DNA from: Puniceicoccaceae bacterium
Lineage (GTDB): Bacteria > Verrucomicrobiota > Verrucomicrobiia > Opitutales > Oceanipulchritudinaceae
Reading direction: 5' to 3'
DNA length: 64,000 bases
Assembly (NCBI GenBank): GCA_040830765.1
Contig: JBFOMH010000017.1
Coordinates: forward strand, 64,001-128,000
Shown: piece after piece, positions 53,828 through 63,727 of the stretch
Layout: the number at the start of each line of letters is the position of its first letter
Position numbering within the stretch: position 1 is the first letter of the stretch
Notes under the pieces: generated by a model
Told to the model about the DNA's origin: nothing
The model's database searches: none
Seen by the model: only the letters and a program-made list of their open reading frames with translations
Program-made: the position numbers and the translations under genes

Positions 53828-54048
53828 GCTCGCCCGTCACGGTGGAGACGAGCCGGTTGTATGGCAATCGCTTTATGAATTACGCAATTATTGAGACTAA
53901 TCTTAAGGATAATCCGGGTTTCTAAGTAGTGTTTCTAATGGCGAATTCTTGAACCTTTTGGATCGGCCAATTATGCATGTTCAGCAAATGGCCAGCCGGT
54001 CATGGAAAAGTAACTACCAGTTTATAAAATCATAAAGTATATCCAGCT

Positions 54049-55677
54049 ATGAAAAAGAACCCCAAGATGATTGCCCTCCTCATCGGAGGTCTCTGTATAA
54101 GCGGGCCACTTATGGCCCAGCACGCGTCGTTAACCGAGTACAACGGTTACGCATCCTGTAAGAGCTGTCACGACCAGGCATTTGGTGGCGGCGGCCTGCA
54201 CGCCGACCAGGTGATGGCCAGTATCCACTGGACATGGGAAAAGACGGACTCCTACACAGGCAAGGAAGTCGGCAAGTACAATGTGATCAATAATTACTGC
54301 GTGGCGGTTAAGTCCAACGAACCCCGCTGTACCAGCTGTCACGTTGGAATTGGCTGGAGCGACACTTCCTGGGATCCAGCAGCAAACCGGGACTCCATTG
54401 ACTGTCTTGTTTGCCACGACACCACGGGAACGTACAAGAAGATTCCGACCGGGGCCGGCGCACCGGTGGCTGGTCTGGACTATGCAGCCATTACTTCCTC
54501 CATTGGCAGCCCGGACCGGGACAACTGTGGTGCCTGTCACTTCTTCGGTGGTGGCGGTGATGCCGTCAAGCATGGTACGCTTGACTCCACCATGGCCAAC
54601 CCGACCCGCGACGCGGATGTCCACATGGGTGGTTCCATGGACATGACCTGTATTGATTGTCACATTGCTGAAGGCGCTTCCAACAAGCATGAATACCTGG
54701 GTACCCGCTACTCGCAGGACCAGAACGATGCCGCCCTCTGCCAGGACTGTCATACAGCAACGCCGCACGGTGGTTTCATGGACATGCACGCCCAGCGGGT
54801 AGCTTGCCAGACCTGTCACATTCCTGCGTTTGCCCGCGGTGGCAAGGCGACCAAGATGTTCTGGGACTGGACCACCGCCAAGGGCGAAAAGGTCGATGAC
54901 GGTAACGGCAACATGGTCGACCTGGTCATCAAGGACGATGACGGTAATGTCATTTACCACGCCAAGAAGGGTACCTTCGAATGGCAGGAAAACGTCATTC
55001 CGGAATATACCTGGGCCAACGGCAAGGTTCGTCATGTTACCCTGGACGATCCGGTCATGGAGGGTGAAGTCGTGAAAATCAACGAACTTATGGGTGACGT
55101 GGATGATCCCAATGCGCTCATCTTCCCGGTCAAACGCTTCACTGGTATCCAGCCCTATGACACCGGCCTGAATGGTGATGGCGTCGGTAATCTTGCCATT
55201 CCGCACCTCTTCCCCTTCGCGGGTGAAAAGGAATGGCCGGCCGACCAGAAGTCCGCCTTCTGGATGCTCTTCGACTGGGAAAAGGCCTTGACTGCCGGTA
55301 TGGAAACGGACGGTCGGACTTTCGATGGCCCGGTGGGTTACATTGAGACGGAATTCACCTGGATTTCCAATCACATGGTTGCCCCCAAGGAGCAGTCCCT
55401 CGACTGTGTGGATTGTCATACATTTGGCAGTCGCATGAACTTCGCCAAGCTCGGTTATCCTGAAGCAAAGGCCGAGGAACTCCAGCTCAAGGCGCAATCT
55501 GTCTACTGGGCAGACTACCCGGTCTCCGGCGCCATGGGAGTCGATACTGGCCCATGGCTGGGCTGGCTCAATGTGGAATTTGCCCCATGGGTCTACAGCT
55601 ACACCCTCGGCAAGTACCTTTACCTCCCTGAATCCGGTGTCTCTGAATCAGGTTCATGGACATACATTATGAAATAG
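54049..55677 (+). CDS. otr: Octaheme tetrathionate reductase-family c-type cytochrome with extra C-terminal module
   Basis: Eight CxxCH motifs; HWTW, INNYC, GGGGDAVKHG, HMVAPKE. Confidence 0.88.
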   Translation: MKKNPKMIALLIGGLCISGPLMAQHASLTEYNGYASCKSCHDQAFGGGGLHADQVMASIHWTWEKTDSYTGKEVGKYNVINNYCVAVKSNEPRCTSCHVGIGWSDTSWDPAANRDSIDCLVCHDTTGTYKKIPTGAGAPVAGLDYAAITSSIGSPDRDNCGACHFFGGGGDAVKHGTLDSTMANPTRDADVHMGGSMDMTCIDCHIAEGASNKHEYLGTRYSQDQNDAALCQDCHTATPHGGFMDMHAQRVACQTCHIPAFARGGKATKMFWDWTTAKGEKVDDGNGNMVDLVIKDDDGNVIYHAKKGTFEWQENVIPEYTWANGKVRHVTLDDPVMEGEVVKINELMGDVDDPNALIFPVKRFTGIQPYDTGLNGDGVGNLAIPHLFPFAGEKEWPADQKSAFWMLFDWEKALTAGMETDGRTFDGPVGYIETEFTWISNHMVAPKEQSLDCVDCHTFGSRMNFAKLGYPEAKAEELQLKAQSVYWADYPVSGAMGVDTGPWLGWLNVEFAPWVYSYTLGKYLYLPESGVSESGSWTYIMK

Positions 55678-55727
55678 ACTGAACAGAGGTTGTTCAGGCA
55701 GCCTCTGATTGTTCTTCGTTGTCATTG

Positions 55728-55760
55728 AATACCCGCCCCTTTTCCGGGGGCGGGTATTTT
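55728..55760. terminator. Rho-independent terminator between convergent genes
   Basis: AATACCCGCCCC-loop-GGGGCGGGTATTTT; a second hairpin lies at 55684-55707. Confidence 0.8.
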
Positions 55761-55781
55761 GTATCCAAAAATAATGACAGT

Positions 55782-56660
55782 TTACTGGTAGAGCCTGAAG
55801 AGACCCTGCGTTCCAAGTTCGCCGCCTCCGTCTGCTGCCAGCTTTGAGTACATCTCATGGGCCAGATCGAGTCCGGGAGTCTGGATACCTGCCGCATGGG
55901 CCGACTCCCGGGCAATGCCCATATCCTTGAGAAAGTGCTTCACATAGAATCCCGGGGCGAAGTCACCCTTGATCATGCGGGGCCCAAGGTTGGAGAGGGA
56001 CCAGCTCCCGGCCGCGCCTCCGCTAATGCTCTGCAGGACGGTTTCCGGATCGAGGCCACTCCGGGCAGTGTAGGCGAGGGCCTCACAGACGCCCAGCATA
56101 CCGGCGGCAATGGCAATCTGGTTGGCCATCTTGGTGTGCTGCCCGCTTCCGGCCGGACCTTGCCAGACAATGTTGGAACCCATCTGCCGGAAGAGAGGAA
56201 GCGCCTTGTCAAAGTCTTCTTTTGTCCCTCCCACCATGATGGAAAGCCTCGCTTCACGGGCCCCGATGTCGCCCCCGCTGACCGGAGCGTCCAAGGTCCC
56301 GATTCCCTTTTCCCCGGCTTGATCATGAATCGTCCGGGCGAGGGCAGGACTGGACGTCGTCATGTCGATAAGAAGGGTTCCCGGCCGGGCATGGGGAACA
56401 ATGCCGCCCTGCCCGAGATAAATTTCCTCCACGTCGCTGGGAAATCCAACGATGGTGATGATCACATCGGCGGCCGCGGCCAGGGTTGCGGGTGAGTCAT
56501 GCCAGAGGGCTCCCTGATCAATAAGTTCCTCCGCCTTGGAGCGGGTACGGGTATGGACCAGCAGTGGGTAACCAGCCTGGATAATGTGGCCAGCCATGCT
56601 GCGGCCCATAACCCCGGTCCCGATGAATCCAACGACGGGCTTGCGATTGTTTCTTTCCAT
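55782..56660 (-). CDS. 3-hydroxyisobutyrate/2-hydroxy-3-oxopropionate reductase-family oxidoreductase
   Basis: GFIGTGVMG, DAPVSGG, GSGQHTKMANQ, KDM. Confidence 0.9.
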   Translation of the reverse strand: MERNNRKPVVGFIGTGVMGRSMAGHIIQAGYPLLVHTRTRSKAEELIDQGALWHDSPATLAAAADVIITIVGFPSDVEEIYLGQGGIVPHARPGTLLIDMTTSSPALARTIHDQAGEKGIGTLDAPVSGGDIGAREARLSIMVGGTKEDFDKALPLFRQMGSNIVWQGPAGSGQHTKMANQIAIAAGMLGVCEALAYTARSGLDPETVLQSISGGAAGSWSLSNLGPRMIKGDFAPGFYVKHFLKDMGIARESAHAAGIQTPGLDLAHEMYSKLAADGGGELGTQGLFRLYQ

Positions 56661-56761
56661 GAGCCCATGATCCGGGGAAATCAGGACTACGGCAAATATT
56701 GATTTGGAAAATTGACCCGGTAAGACTTGTGAGCCATCCTTTGCCTAACCCAAATTTTGAT

Positions 56762-57877
56762 ATGCGAGTAGGTGTAGTTAAGGAAATAAAGGCTGATGAA
56801 AACCGTGTCGCCATGACACCCGCCGGTGCTGAGGCATTCACGGACCGGGGACATGAGGTACTGGTGGAAGCCGGTGCCGGTGAAGGAAGCGGATTTGTTG
56901 ATGCCGAGTATACTGAGGTTGGAGCCCGGATCGTTTCGGCTGCCGAGGTCTGGCAGGAGGCGGAGATGGTCTTGAAGGTCAAGGAGCCCCAACCGGAGGA
57001 AGTCAGCCGCATCCGCAAGGACCAGATTGTTTTCACCTACTTTCATTTCGCGGCCTCAGAGGAGCTGACCCGTGGAATTGTTGAATCCGGATGCATCGCC
57101 ATCGCTTACGAGACCATCACCGACGGAAAGGGTAACCTGCCTCTCCTCACGCCAATGAGTGAAGTCGCCGGCCGGATGGCCATCCAGCAGGGGGCCAAAT
57201 ACCTCGAAAAGGCACACGGTGGCCGCGGTATACTCCTTGGCGGTGTTCCCGGCGTGCCGCCTGCGACCGTGGTCGTTCTGGGGGCCGGGGTGGTTGGGAT
57301 GAATGCCACCAAGATGGCGGCCGGGCTCGGCAGCCTCGTCTATGTCCTTGATGTGAACCTTGAGCGCCTCCGCTACTACAGCGATGTCATGCCCTCCAAT
57401 GTCATCACCATGATGTCCAACAAGGCCAACCTGCGCAAGGCCCTCTCCGACGCCGACCTTGTTGTTTCCAGCGTCCTCATACCCGGTAGAAAGGCTCCAA
57501 AACTCATTACCCGGGAAACCTTGGCCATCATGAAGCCCGGTGCGGTCATTGTTGACGTGGCCATCGACCAGGGTGGTTCCACCGAAACCTCCAAGCCGAC
57601 CACCCACCGCGATCCAATCTACACTGTTGACGGGATCATCCACTACTGTGTCGCCAACATGCCCGGGGCGATGCCGATGACCTCAACCCTGGCCCTGACC
57701 AATGCCACCATACCGTATGCCCTGCAGTTGGCCGGCAAGGGCTATTCCGATGCCATCCGTCAGCACCGGAGCATTGCTGCGGGAGCTAACATTGTCCGGG
57801 GAACGATTACCCACAAAGGGGTGGCGGAAGCCTTTGGTCTTCCATACGAGCCCGTCTACGAAGTCCTCAAGGATTAG
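56762..57877 (+). CDS. ald: Alanine dehydrogenase
   Basis: KEIK..ENRV, KVKEP, PMSEVAGR, DVAIDQGG, HYCVANMPG. Confidence 0.95.
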   Translation: MRVGVVKEIKADENRVAMTPAGAEAFTDRGHEVLVEAGAGEGSGFVDAEYTEVGARIVSAAEVWQEAEMVLKVKEPQPEEVSRIRKDQIVFTYFHFAASEELTRGIVESGCIAIAYETITDGKGNLPLLTPMSEVAGRMAIQQGAKYLEKAHGGRGILLGGVPGVPPATVVVLGAGVVGMNATKMAAGLGSLVYVLDVNLERLRYYSDVMPSNVITMMSNKANLRKALSDADLVVSSVLIPGRKAPKLITRETLAIMKPGAVIVDVAIDQGGSTETSKPTTHRDPIYTVDGIIHYCVANMPGAMPMTSTLALTNATIPYALQLAGKGYSDAIRQHRSIAAGANIVRGTITHKGVAEAFGLPYEPVYEVLKD

Positions 57878-58794
57878 GACTGCTCCGGGAATCGTGCATG
57901 AATGAGGAGCGGCCTTCCGTCTTTGGGATCGGCGGCCCTCGGTCCGAGGTTGTTATCGAAAATGAGATAGACATCCTGTCCCTCGACAACCAGCCCTTCC
58001 GCCTGTCCGTAGACCTGGGAGCGATAGGCCCAGCGTGGATCCGTCTCAATATGGCGGTAACTCCATGCCTCCGCCTCGACAAATCCATTTTCTACCCGTT
58101 CAAGGCGGACAATTAGATGGGCATTCCGGAAGAGGGCATAGATGTTTTCCCCATCGGAATCGAGTCCTGAAAAATCGGGCAAACGGAGCAATGGCAGGGC
58201 ATTACTGAAGGGCGAATGCTCCTGCTGGGTAGCGGTTACCTCCACTTGGCCATCGACAAGACTTATGTCCGCCAATCCCCTCGGCTCCCGCTCAACCGCT
58301 CCCAGCCAGTGATCCGGGCCCAGCCAGGTGATGCCCTCAAAGCCGGCGTTCTTCTTGGCATAAAGACCTGCTTTGGTTAGGTGGTCACGGAGGGGAGGGG
58401 TTGCCCAGTTGGCTTGGCCATCAAGGGTCACTTCAAGGATGCGTGCCCTTGTTTCTGAAACGAGGTAGAGCGTTCCTTGGTCATCGGCGGCAATGCCTTC
58501 CCAATCCATTGAGGTATAGCCAGGCGGTTGAAAGCGAATGGCGGGTACCAGGCGGGCCGAATCACCCACTAACTCAACCTTGTAGATTGTCCGGTTGTCC
58601 TTGTCGGCCACGGTGTAGAGTATTCCATTGAGACGAACCAGGCCGGATGGTTCGAGGGGCAGGTCCATATCGATGGCATAGGCGGCGACCAGTTCCAATT
58701 CGGTGAATCCCTTTCCTTGATTTCCCTGCGGACGCCAGCATCCACTCAAGGCAAGGACCGCTAACAGGAGACCTATGGAAACCAGATGCCTCAT
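57874..58794 (-). CDS. Lipoprotein, SdiA-regulated/phytase-like beta-propeller
   Basis: Lipobox LSGC; EPSGL, DWEGI, GFEGI, DFSGL, QAEGL repeats. Confidence 0.8.
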   Translation of the reverse strand: MRHLVSIGLLLAVLALSGCWRPQGNQGKGFTELELVAAYAIDMDLPLEPSGLVRLNGILYTVADKDNRTIYKVELVGDSARLVPAIRFQPPGYTSMDWEGIAADDQGTLYLVSETRARILEVTLDGQANWATPPLRDHLTKAGLYAKKNAGFEGITWLGPDHWLGAVEREPRGLADISLVDGQVEVTATQQEHSPFSNALPLLRLPDFSGLDSDGENIYALFRNAHLIVRLERVENGFVEAEAWSYRHIETDPRWAYRSQVYGQAEGLVVEGQDVYLIFDNNLGPRAADPKDGRPLLIHARFPEQS

Positions 58795-59744
58795 GAAGCT
58801 GCGTAAAAAGACCGCACATTCTCAACGGTGATACCCATGAGGCGCTCCCGGGCTTCGACGCTGGCCCAGGCCAGATGGGGTGTGATCAGGCAATTGGGAG
58901 CGCCCATCAGGGGGCAGTCCTGTGCCATCGGTTCTTCCGTCAACACATCCAAGGTGGCCGCAGCGAGCTGGCCGCTTTCCAGTGCCTCCCGCAGGTCCAA
59001 CTCGTTGATGAGCGGTCCACGGGCCGTATTGATAAGGATGGCTCCAGGCTGGCAGCTGGCGAGGAGCTCCGCATTAACAAATCCCTGGTTATCCGCGGTC
59101 AAGGGGCAGTGGAGGGAGATGACATCCGATTCGGCAAAGATCTCCTCAATTGACTTGAAAGCGAACCCTTCCCAGTCGGGTGCATCCCGGGGTGTCCGGG
59201 CATAGGCAAGAACGCGCATGCCCAGACCATTAAGGGCGGCTGCTGTGGCCCGTCCTATCTGGCCAAACCCGATAATGCCCACCGTCCGTCCGGCGAGTTC
59301 GGGAATCGGATGGTGCCAGTAGCAGAACTGGCGGCTGTTTTTCCACTCTCCGGAATGGACTGAAGCGCTGTAATGGGCCGCCCGGTTGGTGATTTCCAAT
59401 AACAGGGCAACGACATGCTGGGCCACCGACTGGGTACTGTAGGCAGGGACATTGCGGACCGTTATCCCCAGCCGCTCTGCGGCTGTAAGGTCCACGTTGT
59501 TGGTTCCTGTGGCGAGGATACAGATCAACTTGAGCTCTGGTAATTTCTGAAGCACAGGCTCCATCAGTGGAACCTTGTTGGATAAAACAACCTCCGCGCC
59601 GGCGCAGCGCTCGAGGATGACCGCTTCATCCCGAGGCGTGAAGGCATGCATTTCAAGTTCTCCGAATGCTTCCAGCGGAGACCATGAGGAATCCGGAAGT
59701 TCCAGTGTCTCACTGTCCAAGGCGACGAGTTTTGGCATGCCCAT
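58791..59744 (-). CDS. D-2-hydroxyacid dehydrogenase (glycerate dehydrogenase-like)
   Basis: GIIGFGQIG, SLHCPL, INTARG, DVL.EEP, TPHLAW. Confidence 0.9.
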   Translation of the reverse strand: MGMPKLVALDSETLELPDSSWSPLEAFGELEMHAFTPRDEAVILERCAGAEVVLSNKVPLMEPVLQKLPELKLICILATGTNNVDLTAAERLGITVRNVPAYSTQSVAQHVVALLLEITNRAAHYSASVHSGEWKNSRQFCYWHHPIPELAGRTVGIIGFGQIGRATAAALNGLGMRVLAYARTPRDAPDWEGFAFKSIEEIFAESDVISLHCPLTADNQGFVNAELLASCQPGAILINTARGPLINELDLREALESGQLAAATLDVLTEEPMAQDCPLMGAPNCLITPHLAWASVEARERLMGITVENVRSFYAAS

Positions 59745-59770
59745 CTAAAAAGGCAGATGAACGGTATGAG

Positions 59771-60457
59771 TCAAGGCGCGGGCGGAAAGGCCACCGGTGC
59801 GAGGATAATCAGGGCCAGGCCGGCAAGGACAACGGTGGCCAGGAGGCGCAGCTTGTTTATCGAGCGCAGCGAGATGTCCTCCGGAACCCGGCGTCCGAAA
59901 AGGCCGGCGATGAGGACAAAGTGGGCGAACCAGCCCAACTGTCCAACCAGTGCACCAAATCCGAACAGAGGGGCCAGCTCCCATCCAGGACCGGTCAAGT
60001 GGACGCTGACGGAAACGATGAGTCCAGCCCACAACGGAAGTCGCCAGGGCATGACCAGGCTGCGCCAGAAGCTTGATTTCACCAGCGCCCAGGTACCGCT
60101 CTCGGTCTCAACCCGCAGTGCCCGGACGGCGGGGGCCCGAGCACTCCGGAGAGCCATCCAGAGGAGAAAACCGGCGGCCAGCGCCCGCAGGCCGAGGTCA
60201 ACGGTCTGCCAAAGGCCTGAAAATTCAAACAGGATCAGGGCCGCGGCCACGCACCAGGGCAGTTGGCCCAGCGCCAGGCCCAGCGAGCAGGCCAGCCCGC
60301 ACAGCCAGCCACGGCTGACCGTCAGCTGAATGGCCCAGACTGATGCCGGCATGACAGTGGCCGAGTAGAGCAAGCTCATCCAGATTCCGCCCACTATTGC
60401 CAACTCGCTCATCTCCATACTGACCATCAATGAGACCCATTCCGGCCAATTCGTCAA
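59771..60457 (-). CDS. LysE-like membrane protein
   Basis: About 6 hydrophobic segments with LysE-like spacing; start uncertain. Confidence 0.55.
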   Translation of the reverse strand: MTNWPEWVSLMVSMEMSELAIVGGIWMSLLYSATVMPASVWAIQLTVSRGWLCGLACSLGLALGQLPWCVAAALILFEFSGLWQTVDLGLRALAAGFLLWMALRSARAPAVRALRVETESGTWALVKSSFWRSLVMPWRLPLWAGLIVSVSVHLTGPGWELAPLFGFGALVGQLGWFAHFVLIAGLFGRRVPEDISLRSINKLRLLATVVLAGLALIILAPVAFPPAP

Positions 60458-60532
60458 AGCCTTGTCGCCCTCTCGAAAGGAATCCCCTTTGTGACTTGAA
60501 ATGAACGGGACTTTGAATCACTTCTCCTATGC

Positions 60533-61679
60533 ATGACCATCGATTCAGAAATTCGAAATCAGCTGGAGGAAATCACGCGTCGCGCCGGTTACCTGTGGAG
60601 GTATCTTTGACGTCCCCAAGCGACAGGAGGACATAGCCGGTCTGGAGCAGCAGATGGCTGCAGAGGGCTTCTGGGACAACCAGGAGGCCGCCAACAAGAT
60701 CGTTACCGAGGCGAGCCACCTCAAGAGCAGCATCCAGCCCATCATCAAGTTCAACAGCCGGATCGAGGACGTCCAGACACTCATTGAACTGGTTGAAGAT
60801 TCCGAAGGTGACGAAGCCGACGAGTTTCTTAATGAAATCAGGGAATCTGTGGAAACGCTCACCGGTGAAATCGAGGAACTGGAGATACAGAGTTTCCTCA
60901 GTGGAAAGATGGACCGCAACAATGCGATCCTCTCCATCAATGCCGGGGCCGGGGGGACCGAATCCTGCGACTGGGCGGAGATGCTCTACCGGATGTATGT
61001 CCGCTGGGCCGAGCGAAATGGTTACCAGGTGGAAACAGACGACCTTGCCCCGGGTGAAGAGGCCGGGATCAGCCACGCCACCATCCGGATCATGGGACCC
61101 AACGCCTACGGCTATGCCAAGGCGGAGCGCGGTGTCCACCGCCTGGTCCGTATCAGTCCCTTCGACAGCAATGCCCGCCGCCATACCTCCTTTTGCGCGG
61201 TTGATGTCATCGCCGAGCTGGATGACGATATTGACATCGAGATCAAGGATGAGGATATCCGGGTCGACACCTACCGCGCTTCCGGAAAGGGCGGCCAGCA
61301 CGTCAACAAGACAGACTCCGCCGTGCGGATGACCCACCTACCGACCAATATTGTCGTCCAGTGCCAGAACGAGCGTTCCCAGCTCAAGAACCGCAACACG
61401 GCGATGAAAATGCTCAAGTCCCGCCTCTACGAAAAGTATGAGGACGACAAACGGGCCGAGATGGAGAAGTTTTATGGGGAGAAGGGCGAAATCGGCTGGG
61501 GCAACCAGATCCGATCCTACGTCTTCCAGCCGTACCAAATGGTCAAGGACCTGCGAACCGGGGTCGACACCTCGAATATCCAGCAGGTCATGGATGGTGA
61601 CTTGAATCGCTTCATTCATGCCTGGTTACGAGCTGGTGGACCAACCACCCGTAACAAGGACATCAAGATTGAGGACTAA
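60533..61679 (+). CDS. prfB: Peptide chain release factor 2 (programmed +1 frameshift)
   Basis: ORF1 MTIDSE...WRYL ends at CTT-TGA-C (60605-60611) after an internal GGAGG; the +1 frame carries SPF and GGQ motifs. Confidence 0.96.
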
Positions 61680-61713
61680 GGACGAAAGACGAAGGACGAA
61701 GGACGATGGACAG
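61672..61713. repeat. Six degenerate 7-nt tandem repeats (AGGACGA)
   Basis: aggacta aggacga aagacga aggacga aggacga tggacag. Confidence 0.75.
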
Positions 61714-61722
61714 GGTCGATCG

Positions 61723-63135
61723 ATGAAGAGTGAGGAGAGCAGTGAGTTGACATTTGAAGGCTTGAAGGAGGCCTTTGCCGGGCAAGCCTTGTTTGAAGAC
61801 AAGACCTGGCGGATCTCACCTGAGGCCTGGCCCCTGACGGCGAGGCAGATCCGGGAAGTCGAGATGGTCGGCCAGGCCTGCCTTGAATTCTACCGCGCGT
61901 CCGAGCTCCTCTACACCCGTTCCCACGAGGGGAAGACCATTCTTCGCAACGCGGACCTGAAGGTGCCGTGGGTGGCCGATTACCTTGACCGGGGGAAGCC
62001 GGCTCATCTGGTCGCTCATGCCCGCTCCAAGAGACTGCGCCGCAGCCACCCCATGGTCATCCGGCCGGACCTGTTGGCAACCGACGACGGATTGGCCCTG
62101 ACGGAAATCGATTCCGTTCCCGGAGGTATCGGGCTGACCGCTTTTCTCAACCAGCTTTACGGCTCCGAGCCGGGAATTGTCGGGGATGGAGGCAGGATGA
62201 TTGATGCCTTCTACACCTCAATGGCCTCATTACGCCCGGACAAGGAATTGCCGCTCATCACGATTGTCGTGTCAGACGAGGCATCGACGTATCGTCCTGA
62301 AATGGACTGGCTGGCGGAGCGCCTGCAGGAGCGGGGCAAGCGGGTTTACTGCCTGCATCCCGGGGATCTCTTCCCGGTGGGTGATACCCTCTGTGCGGAC
62401 ATCGACGGGGATCCCGAGGAAATCGATGTCATTTACCGGTTCTGGGAACTCTTCGATTTGGATAACATTCCCGTTGCCGAGCATATCTTCCAGATGCTGG
62501 AAAACGGAGCCCCCCTGGCAGTGACGCCCCCCATGCGCCATATCCAGGAGGAGAAGCTCAATCTCGCGCTTTTTCATCATCCGCGTCTGGCCGATTTTTG
62601 GCGGGAAAACCTGAGCAAGCCGAGCTGGAAGCTGCTCAGGCGGATCATTCCCGAGGGATGGATCATGGATCCGGTGGATCTGCCTCCCAATGCGGTCCTC
62701 GATGCCCCGCTTATTGGTGGCCGGCCCATTTACCGCTGGGAACAGCTGGGGGATGCCTCACAGAAAGAGCGCAACCTGATCATGAAGCTGAGCGGTTTCC
62801 ATGAGAATGCCTGGGGCGCCCGCAGCGTCCTCTACGGAAGCGATGCTTCCCGTGAGGAGTGGGTGGACGGAATCAACGAGGCCCTTGAGGGAGCGGCTGA
62901 TAATTTGTATTTACTCCAGGAATACAGAAAACCCGGTCTTTTGAAACATCCGGTTTTCAACCTTGAAGGAAAGCTCTACCCTATGAACGGCCGGTTGCGG
63001 CTCTGTCCCTACTATTTCGTCGAGGGAGACGGCGTCAGCCTTGGGGGCATCCTCGCCACCTTCTGCCCGGCGGACAAGAAGATCATCCACGGCATGCGCG
63101 ATGCCGCCCTGTTGCCGGTGAAGGCCGTGGAGTAG
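61723..63135 (+). CDS. Circularly permuted ATP-grasp / glutathionylspermidine-synthase-like protein
   Basis: RPDL...TEIDSVPGGIG, IYRF.E, EK, MK.SG....WG.R.V, LQEY; ATG 61723. Confidence 0.65.
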   Translation: MKSEESSELTFEGLKEAFAGQALFEDKTWRISPEAWPLTARQIREVEMVGQACLEFYRASELLYTRSHEGKTILRNADLKVPWVADYLDRGKPAHLVAHARSKRLRRSHPMVIRPDLLATDDGLALTEIDSVPGGIGLTAFLNQLYGSEPGIVGDGGRMIDAFYTSMASLRPDKELPLITIVVSDEASTYRPEMDWLAERLQERGKRVYCLHPGDLFPVGDTLCADIDGDPEEIDVIYRFWELFDLDNIPVAEHIFQMLENGAPLAVTPPMRHIQEEKLNLALFHHPRLADFWRENLSKPSWKLLRRIIPEGWIMDPVDLPPNAVLDAPLIGGRPIYRWEQLGDASQKERNLIMKLSGFHENAWGARSVLYGSDASREEWVDGINEALEGAADNLYLLQEYRKPGLLKHPVFNLEGKLYPMNGRLRLCPYYFVEGDGVSLGGILATFCPADKKIIHGMRDAALLPVKAVE

Positions 63136-63144
63136 GGGACCCAT

Positions 63145-63240
63145 GGAGTACAGGCGTCCCGCCTGTACGTGCCTGCCTACAGGCGGGACGCCTGTAGTCC
63201 TTTTGGCGGTTCCAACTACAGGCGGGACGCCTGTAGTCCT
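63145..63240. repeat. Three REP-like palindromes
   Basis: CTACAGGCGGGACGCCTGTAGTCC at 63177 and 63216, plus an inverted variant at 63145, between convergent genes. Confidence 0.85.
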
Positions 63241-63711
63241 TTATTGCCCCGCTTCCTTAAGGACGATCTCCGCATGCTTCTTCTCCACCGGTTGGATGGA
63301 CAGGCGCATGCCTCGCTGGGCCACCTTCATGTCCTTGAGGACCTTGTGTTCCTTGATCGCCTTGAGGGTGACTGGGGTCTTTAACTTGCGACGGTACTTC
63401 ACATCGACAAGCAACCAGCGGGGATTTTCCGGATCCGACTTGGGATCGTGGTACTTGCTCTTCTTGTCAAACTGGGTCGGATCGGGATAGGCGGCTTTTG
63501 AGGCAATCTCGGCCAGCCCGACGATTCCCGGTTCCGCGCACCTTGAGTGGTAGAAAAAGACGATGTCTCCCTTCTTCATGTCGTCCCGCATGAAGTTCCG
63601 CGCCTGGTAGTTGCGGATACCATCCCATGGTTCGGTCTTGCGGGGAGCATTCTTCAGATCGTCGATGGAGAAGACGTCGGGTTCGGATTTCATCAACCAG
63701 TAGTTGGGCAT
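63241..63711 (-). CDS. EVE domain protein
   Basis: YWLMKSEP, WDGIRNYQARN, FFYHS, RLSIQPV. Confidence 0.93.
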   Translation of the reverse strand: MPNYWLMKSEPDVFSIDDLKNAPRKTEPWDGIRNYQARNFMRDDMKKGDIVFFYHSRCAEPGIVGLAEIASKAAYPDPTQFDKKSKYHDPKSDPENPRWLLVDVKYRRKLKTPVTLKAIKEHKVLKDMKVAQRGMRLSIQPVEKKHAEIVLKEAGQ

Positions 63712-63727
63712 GGGATCAACCTATTGT

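Noticed and set aside
54130..55497. 455-aa minus-strand ORF
   Set aside because: Antisense shadow of the octaheme cytochrome.
61618..61722. Longer N-terminus for the ATP-grasp-like ORF
   Set aside because: It overlaps prfB and translates the heptamer repeat; ATG 61723 is more plausible.
63143..63490. 115-aa ORF with repeated TGGTPVVL
   Set aside because: Translation of the REP-like repeats, antisense to the EVE gene.
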